Assembly: GCF_037042905.1 (NCBI RefSeq) | Contig: NC_087246.1 | Span: 13,716,233-13,780,232 of the forward strand | Origin: Lytechinus pictus | Taxonomy: Eukaryota | Length of the DNA stretch: 64,000 bases | Reading direction: 5' to 3' | In this document: positions 25,822-39,963 of the stretch, piece after piece | How positions within the stretch are numbered: position 1 is the stretch's first letter | How the letters are laid out: each line of letters begins with the position of its first letter | The notes under the pieces: model-generated | Database searches by the model: none | Seen by the model: only the letters and a program-made list of their open reading frames with translations | Told to the model about the DNA's origin: nothing | Translations under genes and position numbers: made by a program

Positions 25822-26760
25822 CTACAGTGTGAATAGGTCAAGAGAAAGAGGGAAAGGTCACTCTAACTTAGAAGCTTCATATAACTTCGCGTTAGGCGAT
25901 GTTTTGTTTCTTCCCATGCTTAACCTGAAAATGTTCATTTATGTAAAGTTATTTCTTTGTTCATTATTTTACTGAACTTTAAACTCCTTCACACTTTCAG
26001 GGCTGGTTAATTAGACCTGTTAGCACATTTCTTCAAAACTTTCAGCGCGTATTTAGCACATCTTACCAATTCCTTTCTTATATCGTCTAATCCTCCCCAT
26101 ATTCTCTTTTAAAATCACATTCTTCCGTGACTTATAAAAGTATTTATACTTATACGAAATCAATTACTTCATGAAAGGGTCATCTTCCAGTGTCGCCCGA
26201 GCCTTCTCATTGGAAAAAGCTGATAACCCTGACACACAATACCTTAGACCTAAGTCTTGTCTTTTCAGAACGTCTTGGTGTTACTGTCGCCTTTACAATA
26301 GTCATGCACTCTTAAAAAACAATGTGCTGATTAGAACCTTTCTTTGTCTCGTATTTGGAACCATAAAATGGTTCTTCAAAAATGGACCTATGATACGAAG
26401 CAATGGACATCCATTGTTAGATTATGAATTCACTAAAAAAAAACCTTAGCTTGTATAAAGAACCGTAGATGGTTCCTTGTAGAACGAACGGTTCTAGAAG
26501 ACTGGAACTAAAAGGTTTAAAATGCGGTACCTAAAAGTTTTTTTTTTATCTAAGAGTGTTATGTGGACTGTTTCTGATTTCGTTTATGTCTCTTTCATGC
26601 ATACCTCCAAGAACGTCCCTTACCAGGACGGATCCTGTGTTGAATTAACTTGGACTATAATGCACAAGACCGCTTCATAGTTACTTACGAGCAAAAATCA
26701 GCATTTACATTAACTTCGCACAAAATGGGTTATGAAGATTTTTTTTCATCCAGAAATTTA

Positions 26761-27048
<288 letters not shown>

Positions 27049-27408
27049 TTAAACGGAATTATATCTTAAAAGGGGATCAAGATTGTGAAGTCATGCATTA
27101 AGGCCAGTAGCATAATTGAAGGACTGTGATCTGTCGTGGTTTTAAGATAAGTCTTATTTTACACATGATTTATCAAACAAGTGTTCACATCATTATTTTT
27201 AGAAACAAATGTCAAAAATCATTTTGTTCGACAATGAATCTTAATATCATTAACGAAGATCTTTAGAATTATGTTGATATAGCATTTAAAGGTAATGAGT
27301 ATCTTCAAAAGAATTAACCTTTCATTAACAACTTAGTAAAAGGACAATATTCCGACATGCCACATGGCACCCTATAGCTACCCTCTGCATGCATTCATTT
27401 CATCTTAC

Positions 27409-27597
27409 CTGTGCCTTCACCAAACGGAGCTCCACTCAAAGCCGCCACAGAATATGCGTAACCCAGACTCATACAAACAACATGTGCATTGGCAAGATCC
27501 CATAAATCATCACATACTGTTCCCCATTCACCATCATGGAGTATTTCTACTCGGCCCTCCCAGGGCGTCAATCCACCAACCAGCCGTATAGACTTTA
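27409..27597 (-). CDS. SRCR domain 1, N-terminal half-exon
   Basis: Acceptor aaatgacag. Encodes (V)[63 protein letters not shown]. Donor GTAAGA, phase 1 at both ends. Confidence 0.8.
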
Positions 27598-27878
27598 CTG
27601 TCATTTTTTTCAAAAGATAATAAAAGGCAATTATTAAAAAGGGATTTGAGGTAGGCTTGTAAAGGTCTATCATTATGAAGAATAAAGAAAACTATCTAGA
27701 GCAGTCACTGATGAGAGAGAGTTTAAAGGGTATTGTGCGGGTGTGGGTGCGCGCACGCTGGTGGGGTGTGTGTGTGTGCGAGAGTGTGTAGGTGCGTGCT
27801 GGTTTGGGTGTGCGGGTGTTTGTGATTTCTAGAAAGGGTGATTGATGAGAATTAACCTAATGTACTATACCACATGTG

Positions 27879-28476
27879 CTTAAAGGTCAAGTCCACCCCA
27901 GAAAAAAATTTATTTGAATAAATGGAGACAATTAAGCATAATGCTGAAAATTTCATCAAAATCGGATGTAAAATAAGAAAGTTATGACATTTTAAAGTTT
28001 TCACAAAATAGTTATATGCACAATTTAGTCACGTGCGAATGAGAGAATCGATGATGTCCCTCACTCATTATTTCTTTTGTTTTTTATTGTTTGATTTATA
28101 CAATATTTAAATTTTTACAGATATGACGATAAGGACCAACTTGACTGAATCATAAAATGTTAAACAATGGTAATTCCACATGTTCAGGGCGAAATAAAAC
28201 TTTGTTTCACCGGACAATAAAGAGAAAATTAGAATATTTCATATTTCATATAATAAAATACAAAAGAAATAGTGAGTGAGTGATGTCATCAGTTCCCTCA
28301 TTTGCATACCGACTTGGATGTGCATATAACTGATTTGTAAAATTAAGCGAAACTTAAAAACGTCATAACTTTCTTATTTTACATCCGATTTTGATGAAAT
28401 TTTCAGTGTTATGCTTGCTGGATTTTTCTCTTTTTATTCAAATCAACTTTTTGTTAGGGTGGACTTGTCCTTTAAG
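27879..28476. mobile_element. Second copy of the MITE/foldback family B
   Basis: Inverted arms at 27879-28070 and 28270-28476. It shares the motif gaaaatttcatcaaaatcggatg with the 14.4 kb copy. Termini TTAAAGG...CCTTTAA. Confidence 0.5.
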
Positions 28477-28516
28477 TGTACTTCGGGGAATATTATGATC
28501 CATATGTCCTTACTTT

Positions 28517-28682
28517 CATGGTGGGTGTTTCATAAAGCTGCTCGTGAGATACGAATGACTTTACGCACGACTGGTGACCCTATCTTGTGCTATGTGATAT
28601 CCCTATATAATTGATTTATGACCCAAGAACATGTTTTAGTTGTGCGTAACTTTACCAACAGCTTTATGAAACACCCACTCGA
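28517..28682. mobile_element. Second, more diverged copy of hairpin MITE family C
   Basis: Arm catggtgggtgtttcataaagctgctcgtgag and its reverse complement cgagtgggtgtttcataaagctgttgg, i.e. the same ggtgggtgtttcataaagctg core as 63356-63546. Confidence 0.4.
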
Positions 28683-29545
28683 TATATTTTCCCATAGACA
28701 CGAATCTTTATTTTTGGTAAATGAAATTAACCTCTTGTTGCAGCGACTTATTCTGTGCTGTAAAAACGCTGTTAAAAATATTAAGCAACGCTGTTTAAGT
28801 CAGTCATTCTATCAACTTTTAGATAAGTGTGGTTTTATATGTAAACAATTGTTTTATAGTTTATATAAGATTGTTGGGCTTAAACATCATTGCTTTATAT
28901 TTTAAACAACGTTTTTTACAGCGTGAATCATTCAAATGTGGCTGAAATTCTGACATGAAAAAAATATTCTTTATAAATTATGTTAATGAATTGTTCCTGA
29001 TAAAATATCTCAAATCATGTGCTATGAAGTCAATGCAAAGGGTACATAGAATGTTGCTATCCGATCGGTCAAATGTAAATTATGAGGTATTTGCCCATTA
29101 AAACAAATTAGGTTTCGAGTTTTCGTTGACCCTTCTCAAGTTAACGACTTTGATCTACCGAGAAGGTAAAGAATTTATACCTCATAACTGAAAATTTAAT
29201 GAAAGTCCTTATCATGAATGCTTGACTATTACATACATCTTAAAAGAGTATTTTCTCCCAAATAATTCAATATCATTTTTACATGGCATTTCTTTACGCG
29301 TGAATAACATTAATTGCTGTGTTGTAAAATCAGATTCGTGCCAATGCATGGTAAGACCAAAATAATTGAATGCATTTGTCCATGTGGTCATAATCCTACA
29401 TAAATCGCAGTACATCTAATTGTATAATACCTTTTCAATAAAAATAACGTGATAATTGATATTGAAGACTATTTATTCAATAAAACTATTTATTCAATAA
29501 AATATATAGCAAATTATTACTTTTTACCGTGGATGAACATTATTT

Positions 29546-30716
29546 ATTCAATAAAAATAACGTGATAATTGATATTGAAAACTATTTATTCAGCAATTAT
29601 TCACTCTGCGGTTTTTACGTACAGCTTCCGAGACCTGATAATTGATAACGTGATAATTGATATTGAAAACTATTTATTCAGCAATTATTCACTCTGCGGT
29701 TTTTACGTACAGCTTGCGAGACATAATCGACAACAATACATACATTTCCAATCTCAAAACTCACAAAAGCAAAATATAAAGTGCGGCGTACCACAGGGAT
29801 CAATTCTGGGACCCCTACTTTTTATTATCTATATTAATGATATCATAAATTCATCCCCAATTCTAAATTTCATATTTTTGGCCGACGATACCAGTATTTT
29901 CTATTCCCATGCTAATTTAGATACTCTAACTCATATTCTTAATTCAGAACTCTCTAAAATATCCCAATGGTTTAAAACAAACAAACTTTCACTTAACATA
30001 AGCAAAACCAATTTTATACACTTTCGAGAAGCTAATCCACACTTACCAGCTCCCAATTTATCAATTGACGGTTTACCTCTTACTGAAAAGCACTCTACCA
30101 AATTCTTGGGAGTAACAATTGACTCCAATCTAACGTGGAATGAACACATACACAATGTACATACATCTATATCAAGAAACATAGGAATAATTTACAACTT
30201 AAAAGACTTACTTTCTGAAAAATCATTATTGGTTCTATACAACTCCCTAGTACTTTCACATATGATGTATTGCAATATTGTATGGGGTAACTGAAGTATA
30301 ACGAAAATAAACTCTCTTCTACTTCTCCAAAAACGAGCAATTCGTAACGTTACTCATTCGCATTATATTTCCCACACAGAACCTCTATTTCAGCGTTTAA
30401 ATGCACTTAAAATACAGGATATTCACACTCTACAAACAGGTATATTTATGTTTAGATACACTTACAATAATCTTCCATCATTATTCCAAAATCTATTCAA
30501 TTTAAATTCAAATATACATGCATATCCAACCCGCCACTCTTCTGATTATCATCTACACAACCCCAAACTTATTCTTGCTCAAAAATCAGTTCGCCATCAT
30601 GGACCAGATACCTGGAATTCCTTACCACAATACTTAAAACAATGTCCCTCTCTTAACTCATTCAAATCATCCTTTAAAAAAATTATGACACGCAAATACA
30701 ATTCTGAATAATTTAT
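29546..30716 (+). mobile_element. 5'-truncated CR1/L2-like LINE: RT C-terminal half and ORF2 tail with frameshifts
   Basis: ORF 29569..30294 holds RT motifs KCGVPQGSILGPLLFIIYINDI and FLADDTSIF (an FADD variant of YXDD). The downstream frame 30448..30711 has the CR1-type C-terminal tail ...HGPDTWNSLPQYLKQCPSLNSFKSSFKK. Near-identical 27-37 bp direct repeats (atatatagcaaNttNttactttttaccgtggatga) at 29501-29545 and 31679-31716 may be target-site duplications. If so, the element extends to 31688, including a CA-rich microsatellite tail. Confidence 0.65.
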
Positions 30717-30889
30717 GCATATATATAAAAAGAGTTCTACGGGTCTTGGTCAATTTTCAATTTTCTTGGTAAATTTTTAATTTCTATCTGATCTCATAAA
30801 CTGTTACATCAGAAAATGAAAAAAAGTTAAGTCATAGTATCAAACTTTTCTATCATTTCAAGCTGTATCCTGGAACCATTCAATAATTC

Positions 30890-31070
30890 CTAATTAATAC
30901 TACCCCCACACCCTCATATACCGACACACATACACGCACACCCACTCTCAACACACACACACACTTATACATACACATACAATTTTAAATATACATTTGC
31001 ACACGCGCACACGTTTGCACATGCACAAACACATGCAAATACGTCAAATGTGCACATAATAGCAGGCATA
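30890..31070. repeat. CA/AC-rich imperfect microsatellite
   Basis: acacacacacttatacatacacatac...gcacacgcgcacacgtttgcacatgcacaaacacatgc. Confidence 0.6.
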
Positions 31071-32090
31071 CAAGGTTCTTGCATGTAAATATCGTATTAA
31101 TAATATATGTTTATAATTAATTTAAGTCAATGCTTGATTTGTACTTCGTTCTTTTTTGTCTATTTCGCTAATACGTTTTGAGGCCGCTACCCTAGTCAAG
31201 CACTGCTTATAGTAGCGGTCTCCAGCATTTTTTTTGTCTACTCAACAAAGTACAACTTATAATATTGCAAACTAATACTATCTATATACATTTTTGCAAA
31301 TGAATGATTATTTGTATTTATTTTTGTAAAAAGAAATGTATCACAATTTTTTTCTTTATGTTGTACATTATGTTTGTTAATTATTTCTGTTGGAAAAATG
31401 CTATAATAAAATCAAATCAAATCAAATCAAACCTGCAGTGAGAACTTAAAACATATTCGATCAAGTGTTTCACAAAACTCCCTAAACAAACTGTATCCTG
31501 TCTGGCTGGTTAACTTTTTGGTTTATTACCAAAAAAACCCGCTACATAAATAAAAAATTGTTACAATATTAATAATTAAACATATAAGATATTATCATGA
31601 TTATGATTACGATGTGGAGAAAATTTTGGATTTGCTTGAATTTAGCCATATTATGATTTCAGTAAGGATTATTTCATAGACATATATAGCAACTTGTTAC
31701 TTTTTACCGTGGATGAGACAAATATCACCCCATCGGCGATATGAACAGATGAAAGAGGACACTATCCTTTCTTAGCTCCGCCTCTCAAAGAGAGCTAGAG
31801 TCAAATCGCCTCGGAAATTACAGTATATGTCCCATCACTCTCATTTCATTTTATTGGTTTCCGTTTCACAATGTTGTACATAATATAATGAACATAACAT
31901 AAAGTACATAATATCATATACATATAACATAATTATGTATTAGGTAAACACAATTTAAAAAATAAAGCTAGCTCTGATGATTTTTGTATTATAGAGTAAA
32001 ACGGGGGTGCTTGCCGAAAAAAGCAAAGCGTGTATGAAAGGCAAGCCCCAAAACTTATAGGAAAACCTCATTAGGGCGATTCCATACGGT

Positions 32091-32297
32091 CGTGTCGTAT
32101 ACGGGACATTTTGACAACAATTTACATTCTTAATAGCCAAATGCTTGCGCAATAAAACTTCCTCTTTTGCCAATGATTAAGTTAAAGCGGGTAGTAGTGT
32201 GTAAAACTGACAACCAAAAAAAAATGTTCGAGTACATGTGAATTAAAGGTGAAAATGTTGTGTGTCGTACGGGACTCAGAAATGTCCCGTACGACAC
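32091..32297. repeat. Three copies of the 15-mer GTGTCGTACGGGAC in alternating orientation, including a perfect hairpin at 32261-32297
   Basis: cgtgtcgtatacgggacatttt at 32091, then tgtgtcgtacgggactcagaaatgtcccgtacgacacg at 32260-32297. Confidence 0.5.
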
Positions 32298-33639
32298 GCA
32301 ACGTTTTTACCCCTAATTCATCAATGGAAAACACATTTTTGTTGGTTGTCATTTTTTTTATGAGTACCCAGTAGTACTTTAATATTACAACCAAACAAAT
32401 TGAAGTTCCTCGTTTGTTTGGACAGCAGGTTGAGAAGTGTTGTGAAAATGGCTGATTTTTCTAGCATGGAATCGCCCATTAGTTCAACCTAAATTTCGCA
32501 TATGCCAAATCAATCAAGGGCAATATCAATTCCACGATAACGTGATCCATTAAAAAGCTAAGGGTATACCTAGCACTGAAGTGCTTTCCCATTAGTTGTG
32601 ATTCTTCAAACAAGTTACAAACAAGATCCCGGCCCTTAATTCCACCTCGGGATCGACCGGTCATTATATTAAACGCCCCCAAAATACCTGAAAGATGATA
32701 GCTCTGTGTTTCATTCTTATCGAATTTGTATGGCATTCTTCTATTACTAATCGTGATTCTTCTCTTCTTTAAATGCCAAGCAGAATAATATATTATGTAC
32801 ATGTATATACATGAGTCTATTAGAAGAAACCCACTATAATTGACCTATTTGGAGGGCAGTTCACTCCCTCCCCCCCCCAAAAAAAAAGGAAAGAAAACGT
32901 TTTATAATTTAGGAGTTAAACTTGAAAATTGTTGTTCTAAACAATATTGAATAGTTAATAATAATATATGTGATTTGTAATGTGCCAAATCGGGCATAGT
33001 GCCCAAGGCACAGTGAAAGAAAAAAAGAAAGAAAGAAAGAAAGAAAGAGGGGGAGAGAGAGAAAAGTACAAATATGATAGTAATACATTTAGTTAACTCT
33101 AACTTTGCTATCCATTACCTCTTATTACAAATATTACCGATGATAATCATATGTATGTTTAAAAGAAATATGGCCCATATTCACTGAAAGAAAATCAAAT
33201 CTTTCAGCTTAACTTTGAGTTTTAATGATATTCTAGATTTATAATCAATATTCTACGTTTTTGTTTCCTTGGATACGGTGGCATATATTGATCTTGATCT
33301 GTTCCACTGGTTGGAAATTGGACATCTCTATATTCTATTTGTTGACCATCTACTCTGTTTGTCATCAGGGTTTAGTCACATAATTGAAACAGCTGTGATG
33401 ACCATGTGGAAGACATGTGATCGTTCAGACTTGATCAGCATTCTTATACTTTTCAGGAGTATAAATACTTATACTTTTTATACTTTTCACAATCAAACGA
33501 ATTCGAAATAATGGTTAAATATGAGAGATGCTGAAGTTATTAACAGTATCATCATGATTGTAAAAACGAGCGCACTGCCCCCCCCCCCCCTGCATCGATA
33601 ACCTTCATCTTTGATGTCATTGATACAAATAATGAAATT

Positions 33640-33760
33640 ATTATTGTTATGAGGATTATCATTGTCGTTATTGTAATCATTATTATTATCATCATCATCA
33701 TCATCATAGTCATTAGTAGCAGTGGAAGTAGTAGTAGTGGTAGTAGTATCGCATTAGTAT
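33640..33760. repeat. Trinucleotide-rich low-complexity tract (ATT/ATC/AGT)n
   Basis: attattattgttatgaggattatcattgtcgttattgtaatcattattattatcatcatcatcatcatcatagtcattagtagcagtggaagtagtagtagtggtagtag. Confidence 0.6.
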
Positions 33761-35129
33761 TAGTTCACATGTATTCAAGTATATTCCTAATGTATAGTTT
33801 TTCACATATTCTCGAAGGAACATCGCGTATTGCTGAAACGTTTTTATGCAATAAGATATTCCTATCACTGTGACCACATCCATTCCCTATAATCAGGAAA
33901 ATAATGGGACTGTACTACAAGAGATATGCAATGGAACATGTGGAACAAAACTGATCAACCAATCGATTCCTCTTCCATGCATGCTGTATACTTCTCTCCA
34001 TCTTTTGTATTTTTATGGCATTATTCAGACGAAACGGCGCGGCGAAGACATAGTAGAGAGCGAGGCGACACAATTCACTCTTACCCTACGTATTGGAAAT
34101 TTACATTTTATTAATTTCTTGTAATTACATGCTCGAATGACTTCAATAACATAACAGCAGCAGGAAAAGAGGTTGGTAGATGCAGATAACAAATCAATCT
34201 GCGCATGCTCAATCTTACAGCCTACTGAGCAGGCGCAGATTGATTTTATCTGAATCTATCAATATTTTATTGCTTTGGGTCGTGTTTTAGACAGCGCCAT
34301 TTTTTTAATTCCTCCCTTTTCCCCAATGTCTTTCTACTGTTTCTTCTTCACTTTAATTGTTTGTTATAGATGGTGGTCTATATTTTTTTTCATTGTGATA
34401 TCATGATTGAATGGTTATGTGATATGCTCCACGGCAGGATACATGTATACTTCTTTCTTTAATTTGATACCAATTCGTTTACTCTTTCTTTAATTTAACA
34501 ATCTTGTTGTGATGCAAAGATTCTAAAATTTGCTTGATTGACCACAAAGAATCGGTGCCTTTCATAAAATATGCAACTCGTCCTTTTAAGATTAAACACT
34601 GCTTTATGAAATCAGTGCTCCCCGCCATTGTTCACTGTTAATGGATGCCATTAAAATAGCCATCTACTAATGGACACTATACGCTCTTCTCCTTATTTCT
34701 GTTTTCTGTATGTCTCTGTAAAATTTCATTTCCCTTTATATGATTCTAGAATTGCTATTAAATGCGCCTTCTTGCAGGCAATATCATCCAAGAAAGTTTT
34801 ATATTTCCTTTCATTAAAAATTCGGTTCACTTAATGTAAATTTTCGCTTAGAATCAATATACCTCATCGATCTCCATTTCAGTGCCTATAGAGTTTAAAA
34901 ATAACTTCCATATTAATTATTTGCCATATTCACTTTTGATTCCAAGAACAAAATGTTTAATTTTTTTATTGAAGGTAAAAGCCCTATTCAGCTGCTACAA
35001 CTAGAACCATGAGAAATAACAAAAAACGTAAAATGCACGTGACATTAAGAAAATATACAAGATATATAGATATTAATTAAATTATAGAATTACCAATGAC
35101 ACAATGAAAAAAGAAAAATATATAATATA

Positions 35130-36094
35130 CAGTACGTATCAAAAAAGTTTACACTTAGAAAAATTCCTGTAAAATTATACATTTGTAGTATCCTGAAGAT
35201 TTTTCAACATTTTAACATTGGTATAGATCCATTTAAGCAAATGACGTTATAACTGTCGAAAAATATTTCCGCTTGAGTGAGCACCACTTACTTTTGAAAA
35301 GTTAGTGAATAAAGATTTGCGCAGAACTTTGAAATAGTTATGCGAATAAAATTAGACCTTAATCATGAAGTGCACATGAAATTTAGCTAGTAAAATTGAT
35401 TTGAAGATATATTTTACCTTTTTTAACTGGTTTCCTTGCCCAAAACACTTCGAAGAGTGCCATTGCGCCCCACCCCCACACACCGAGGCCATCGTGACGA
35501 TATTTGCTTTACACTGAGCTGTGATTTTCATGAAATGGCTTAGGCTTGATTTTCATTTTGTTAATCATTGTCAAGCTTGGGAAAAGTGTGGAGAAACAAG
35601 TATCATATGAAAAATGAAATGTAAACCCACTTCAAGAGATAAAAACTTAGTGAAAAAATGTTGGAGATGTCTGATAAAAGCTTTTGTTTATATTTAGTTA
35701 TGTCCTCAGATCCAGCTGGCACATAAAGGGTAAAGGTTGTGCTTACTAAATATTAAAATTTTGATTTTGGTAGCAAATTATTACAAAATGCTTGCATGCA
35801 TCCGTTTTATTTCAATTGACTCAAAGTGCAAGGGAAATGTATGAGAAATGTTTCGCAGGGTAAGTTTGATTTGGCCTTTTCCCCTTGACACAACGTGAAA
35901 ACGAGTATTACTGCGCAAACACATTTCTGCGAGCTTTACAAAATTGGACAGTGCTTACATTCTGTCAAAACTTTTACTTTCATTGGATAGATGAGACCCA
36001 AACCCAAGAATGTATGTGGAAAAATTACCCACACGTTGTATATTTTTTAATTCCAAGTGCTTTTCAAAGTGTAAACTTTTTTTGATACGCACTG
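35130..36094. mobile_element. Tc1-like MITE, TA|CAGTACGTATCAAAAAAGTTTACACTT...AAGTGTAAACTTTTTTTGATACGCACTG|TA
   Basis: Inverted termini of about 30 bp related to the 17.2 kb and 39.1 kb elements, flanked by TA. There is no long ORF. Confidence 0.5.
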
Positions 36095-36229
36095 TATAAT
36101 CAAGTTGTGCACGTGTAAAATGTTAAAGGAGAATGAAACTCTTGGAGCAAGTTAGCTTTTGTGAAAGCAGAAAAATCAAAGAATAAGATCAACAAAACTT
36201 TGAGTAAAATAGGACTAGCAATAAAAGAG

Positions 36230-36607
36230 TTATGAGCATTTGAATGTCGAGATCACTAATGCTATGGAGATCCTCCCATTGGCAATGCGACCAAGATCTG
36301 TGATGTCACACACGTACAACTCTCCCATTTGGACACTGAAAATATACCCCAAAACATCTCTTTTTGCTTATTCTAATCATATGACAAACGATTCATCAAT
36401 GGTATAATGTTGTGAAACCTCTGTACTTGTCATCTCATAAAGAGAACACCTCACCTTGTGATAGACTCTATAAAAGTGAGAATATAAGTGAAATAAGTAC
36501 TAGAGTAATGAGGGAGTTGTACGTGTGTGATATCACAGATCTTGGTCGCATTGCCGATGGGAGGATCTACATGGCACTAGTGATCTCAATATTTAAATGC
36601 TCATAAC
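36230..36607. mobile_element. MITE family D (378 bp) with 93-bp terminal inverted repeats TTATGAGCATTTGAATGTCGAGATCACTAATGC...
   Basis: 36230-36322 is the reverse complement of 36514-36607 at about 90% identity. Confidence 0.5.
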
Positions 36608-37879
36608 TTTCTTATTATTCATTCAATCTTCCTCAAACTTTCAACAATATGTTTCTTTGATTTTTCTCTTTGATATGGATTCAGCTGGTTTCAAGGGTTT
36701 CATTATCCTTTAATATAAAAACATGTTACATTGCAATCATACTTGTATCGTAATAATACAAGTTATTTGGGAAAAAACATTATTATATAACTTGAAATAT
36801 GTCTAAATGAAATGTAAGTTAATAAAATATTTCCCTAATACCGTGCAATATGATAGAATATAGGACAAAAAGGGAGAATTGTTACAGCAAACTGCAATGC
36901 ACCATCAATATGAATTCAATATGAGATGAAAAAAGAGGGTTACAAGAACTGATAAAAGTTTCTAGATTCTCGACGATATTCGAAGGATGAAGTAAAAGTG
37001 AAACGAGGGAAAATCAATCGAGAAATTAACCTTAAAGAAAGTTTTTTCTAAAACGAGAGCCTGACCTTAAAAGAGTCTTAAAAAGAAAGTAAAAATTTCG
37101 AGAAAGACATGAAAGAGAAATGTATAAAATCATGACGAATCTTTTATACTGAACAGTATACAAAAATTCTTCTTCTTTATCTCCTTCTTCTTGTTCTTTT
37201 TCTCCTGCTCCTCCTACTCTTCTTCATCCCTCTTCTCCTTCTTTTTTTTCTTCTTCTTCTTTATCTTCTTCTTTTAAAGAAGATCAAACCATTATTTTTC
37301 AATCATTAATATAAAGCATATCTTAAGTTTTCATGAAGGTTGAATAATGTGCGTTTTCCATTAAAATTCATTCTTCATTTTTCACAAAGTATCAATTTCA
37401 ACAAATGGTTTACAGAATCATTTGCTATAGAATAAATTTAACTAAATAAATAAAACTTAACCCATGCTATATAGAAATTCGTTCGTCTTCTTGCAAGCAA
37501 GATATAATTACAATTTGGTTTCACGTAACTTTCACTTTCTCCTTACCAAGGCTATAATTAATAAAAAAATAATTCGTTCATGGACTTATGACACAGACAA
37601 TAAATATTAAAGTGTGATTCATATATAATTATATATATATAATGAAACTTGATTACAAAAATTAAGTTTACTGTAGAATAAGTACTAATGGATTTAACAT
37701 TTGTATTTGGAACAGAATTATAATTGGTAACTTAAAAGATAGTAAGTGTGGTTTGTAGAAGATGTACATACGGTGGATAGTTTTGGGGTGGTCAAAACGA
37801 AGTTCAAGGATATTACTTAATGCTGTCATGGTCATTAGCACAAAGTTATTTAGAGCCTCGACCCTTAATATCATTAAGA

Positions 37880-38600
37880 ATTGCTACGAACGCAGTAAGA
37901 ACGATATTTTTTTTGCCATTTCATCTTCCCAAGATGGCCGTACGAAATCACCGTTCGCATACCGTTCGTAGACGATTCGTAAGTTCGCAGCTTGGTCGAG
38001 TCGATGGCTTTGTCCAAGGCTTTTTTTCACGTCGTACCAAACCGTCTCTTCGTAAGGCGGTCGCACGAATGTTGAAAGAACATCGTAAAAACCACGTTAG
38101 GTTATATGGTCGAGAGACAATTCTAAACGCTTCGATTTCATCCGATGATGTAAGAACGCATAAGCTGTTCATAAAGGGCTCTTACGACGTTTTTACGATC
38201 GCCAAATTCGTACGGCGCTTTTACGAGCGACTCTTGACGTTTGTAAGGAATTCGCAAGGGACTCGCAGTCTCCTTGGCACTACATCAATTTTGAAAATAT
38301 CAACAATTCAACAGTAAGAGGATATTTGACAGGATACGGCATCGTCTTTTTTTACAACTCGACAAAATATACCCAAAAAATCCTAAAATCTTCTTGCGAA
38401 TAAAATGAGTTGCAGATCCAGCCGGATTACACACAATACAATTTTAGGGCCATATTGTTTTTGTACAATCAGAATTATTGTGTCTAGTCCGGCTGGATCT
38501 ACTCCTGGCCAGTACGACCATCTTGCGACAACGGAAATCGTAAGATGGTCGTATAGTCTGACGGAAGGATAACTCAAGGCGTTTTTTACGAAAAAGTTAG
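37880..38600. repeat. CpG-rich island of degenerate TTCGTAAG/CTTACGAA-type motifs forming multiple hairpins. It overlaps the 165-codon ORF 37820..38317(+), which has no recognisable domain.
   Basis: About 20 occurrences of cgtaag, cgtacg, ttacga or cgcaag in 700 bp. Hairpins at 38405-38505 (gcagatccagccggattacacacaata...tattgtgtctagtccggctggatctac) and 38512-38553 (tacgaccatcttgcga.........tcgtaagatggtcgta). Confidence 0.45.
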
Positions 38601-39152
38601 AACTCAGGGGCCACTATATAACCGTAAATCATTTCTTTTCTCAAAAAGGTCTTCAGTTGTTCTTCATACGAATCTCTATACCAACTCCATAATTCGTACG
38701 CCACCGTCAACACAAAGTGAACAGGTGAGTAATCAGCTGATTTTTCCAGTCCCAGTCATCTGCACTCTAACAGCAAATTATCTTATTTTACGAAGCCATA
38801 AGCGGTAAATAATCTATGTACCAATTTTTTAAACGCATCTACCACTTCAGAATACTCTACTCTGCAGTGTTGCGATATGAGATGTATATGACCTCGATTT
38901 TTATTCGCTGGGATATTGGTATAGAAATTTTCTTTGTGTAGATAAGCCTTTTGACGCGTTTTGCGTGTGTGTGTGTTTTTTTAAGCACATTTGCTCCATG
39001 AAACGTGCTGATAGTTTGGAAACGAGCACACAAACCCCAAATTTTTAATATTCAAACATCATTAGTATACCTTTCTCTATAACCATGCAAACTTTGGTGA
39101 AAATGAGATTGAACAAGGCGCAGCATTTATTGCATTTCTTAAATTTGTTATA

Positions 39153-39963
39153 CAGTGCGTCCCACAAAAAACGAAACCGAGGTTTAGCGATGATTTATCA
39201 TAACTTTATCACAAATACAATAGACAAATGACGTATCATCATAAAGCTTAGAATGTCCCCTTTTAGCTGATATAAATATAAGATTTTTTATCCACGCATG
39301 AGTGAGTAAAAACAATTTGGAAAAAGGATAGCAAAAAGTCATTTGGCGGGGGGTATCAAAATTTCAAAAAGAAAATCACATGCCTAAAAAGTTAATATCT
39401 GCTCTTTAATTTGATAGCTAAATCGAAGAAAATGGTCGAGAGATAACAAAGTTATGTTTTTTTTCGAAACAATGCTTGTATTTCCATAGTTTCATGAAAC
39501 ATACGTGTTTTCACCGGTTTCCAATCGAAGCTATCACACAGTTTAACAAAAGACTTTCTGCATGGCTGATCGTCAACAAAACGGAGTGTCAAGTGAGTCT
39601 AAAAGCTATCCTGTAAAATCTCTTCACTTTATGATATTATTGGAATTCAAGTCTTATTTCAAATAAACAGAACGTTGTCATTTCTCGTCCGTTTGATGTA
39701 TCAAATTAAAGAGCAGATATTGAACTTTTTTTAAATGTGATTTTCTTTTTGAAACTCAGATACCGCCCGCCAAGTGACTTTTTGGTTTCTTTTATTCAAA
39801 TTGTTTTACTCACTCATGCATGTATGAGGAATAATCCAAGTTATTTCATTTGAAAGACGAGACCATCAGCTTTACAATGATAGGTCATTTGTCTATTTTA
39901 TTTGTGATTAAGGCATGATAAATCATCTATAAATCTCGGTTTCGTTTTTTGTGGGGCGCACTG
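39153..39963. mobile_element. Tc1-like foldback MITE (about 810 bp), TA|CAGTGCGTCCCACAAAAAACGAAACCGAGG...CCTCGGTTTCGTTTTTTGTGGGGCGCACTG|TA
   Basis: Long internal palindrome with arms of about 350 bp, the same terminal family as 17251-19056, flanked by TA. Confidence 0.6.
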
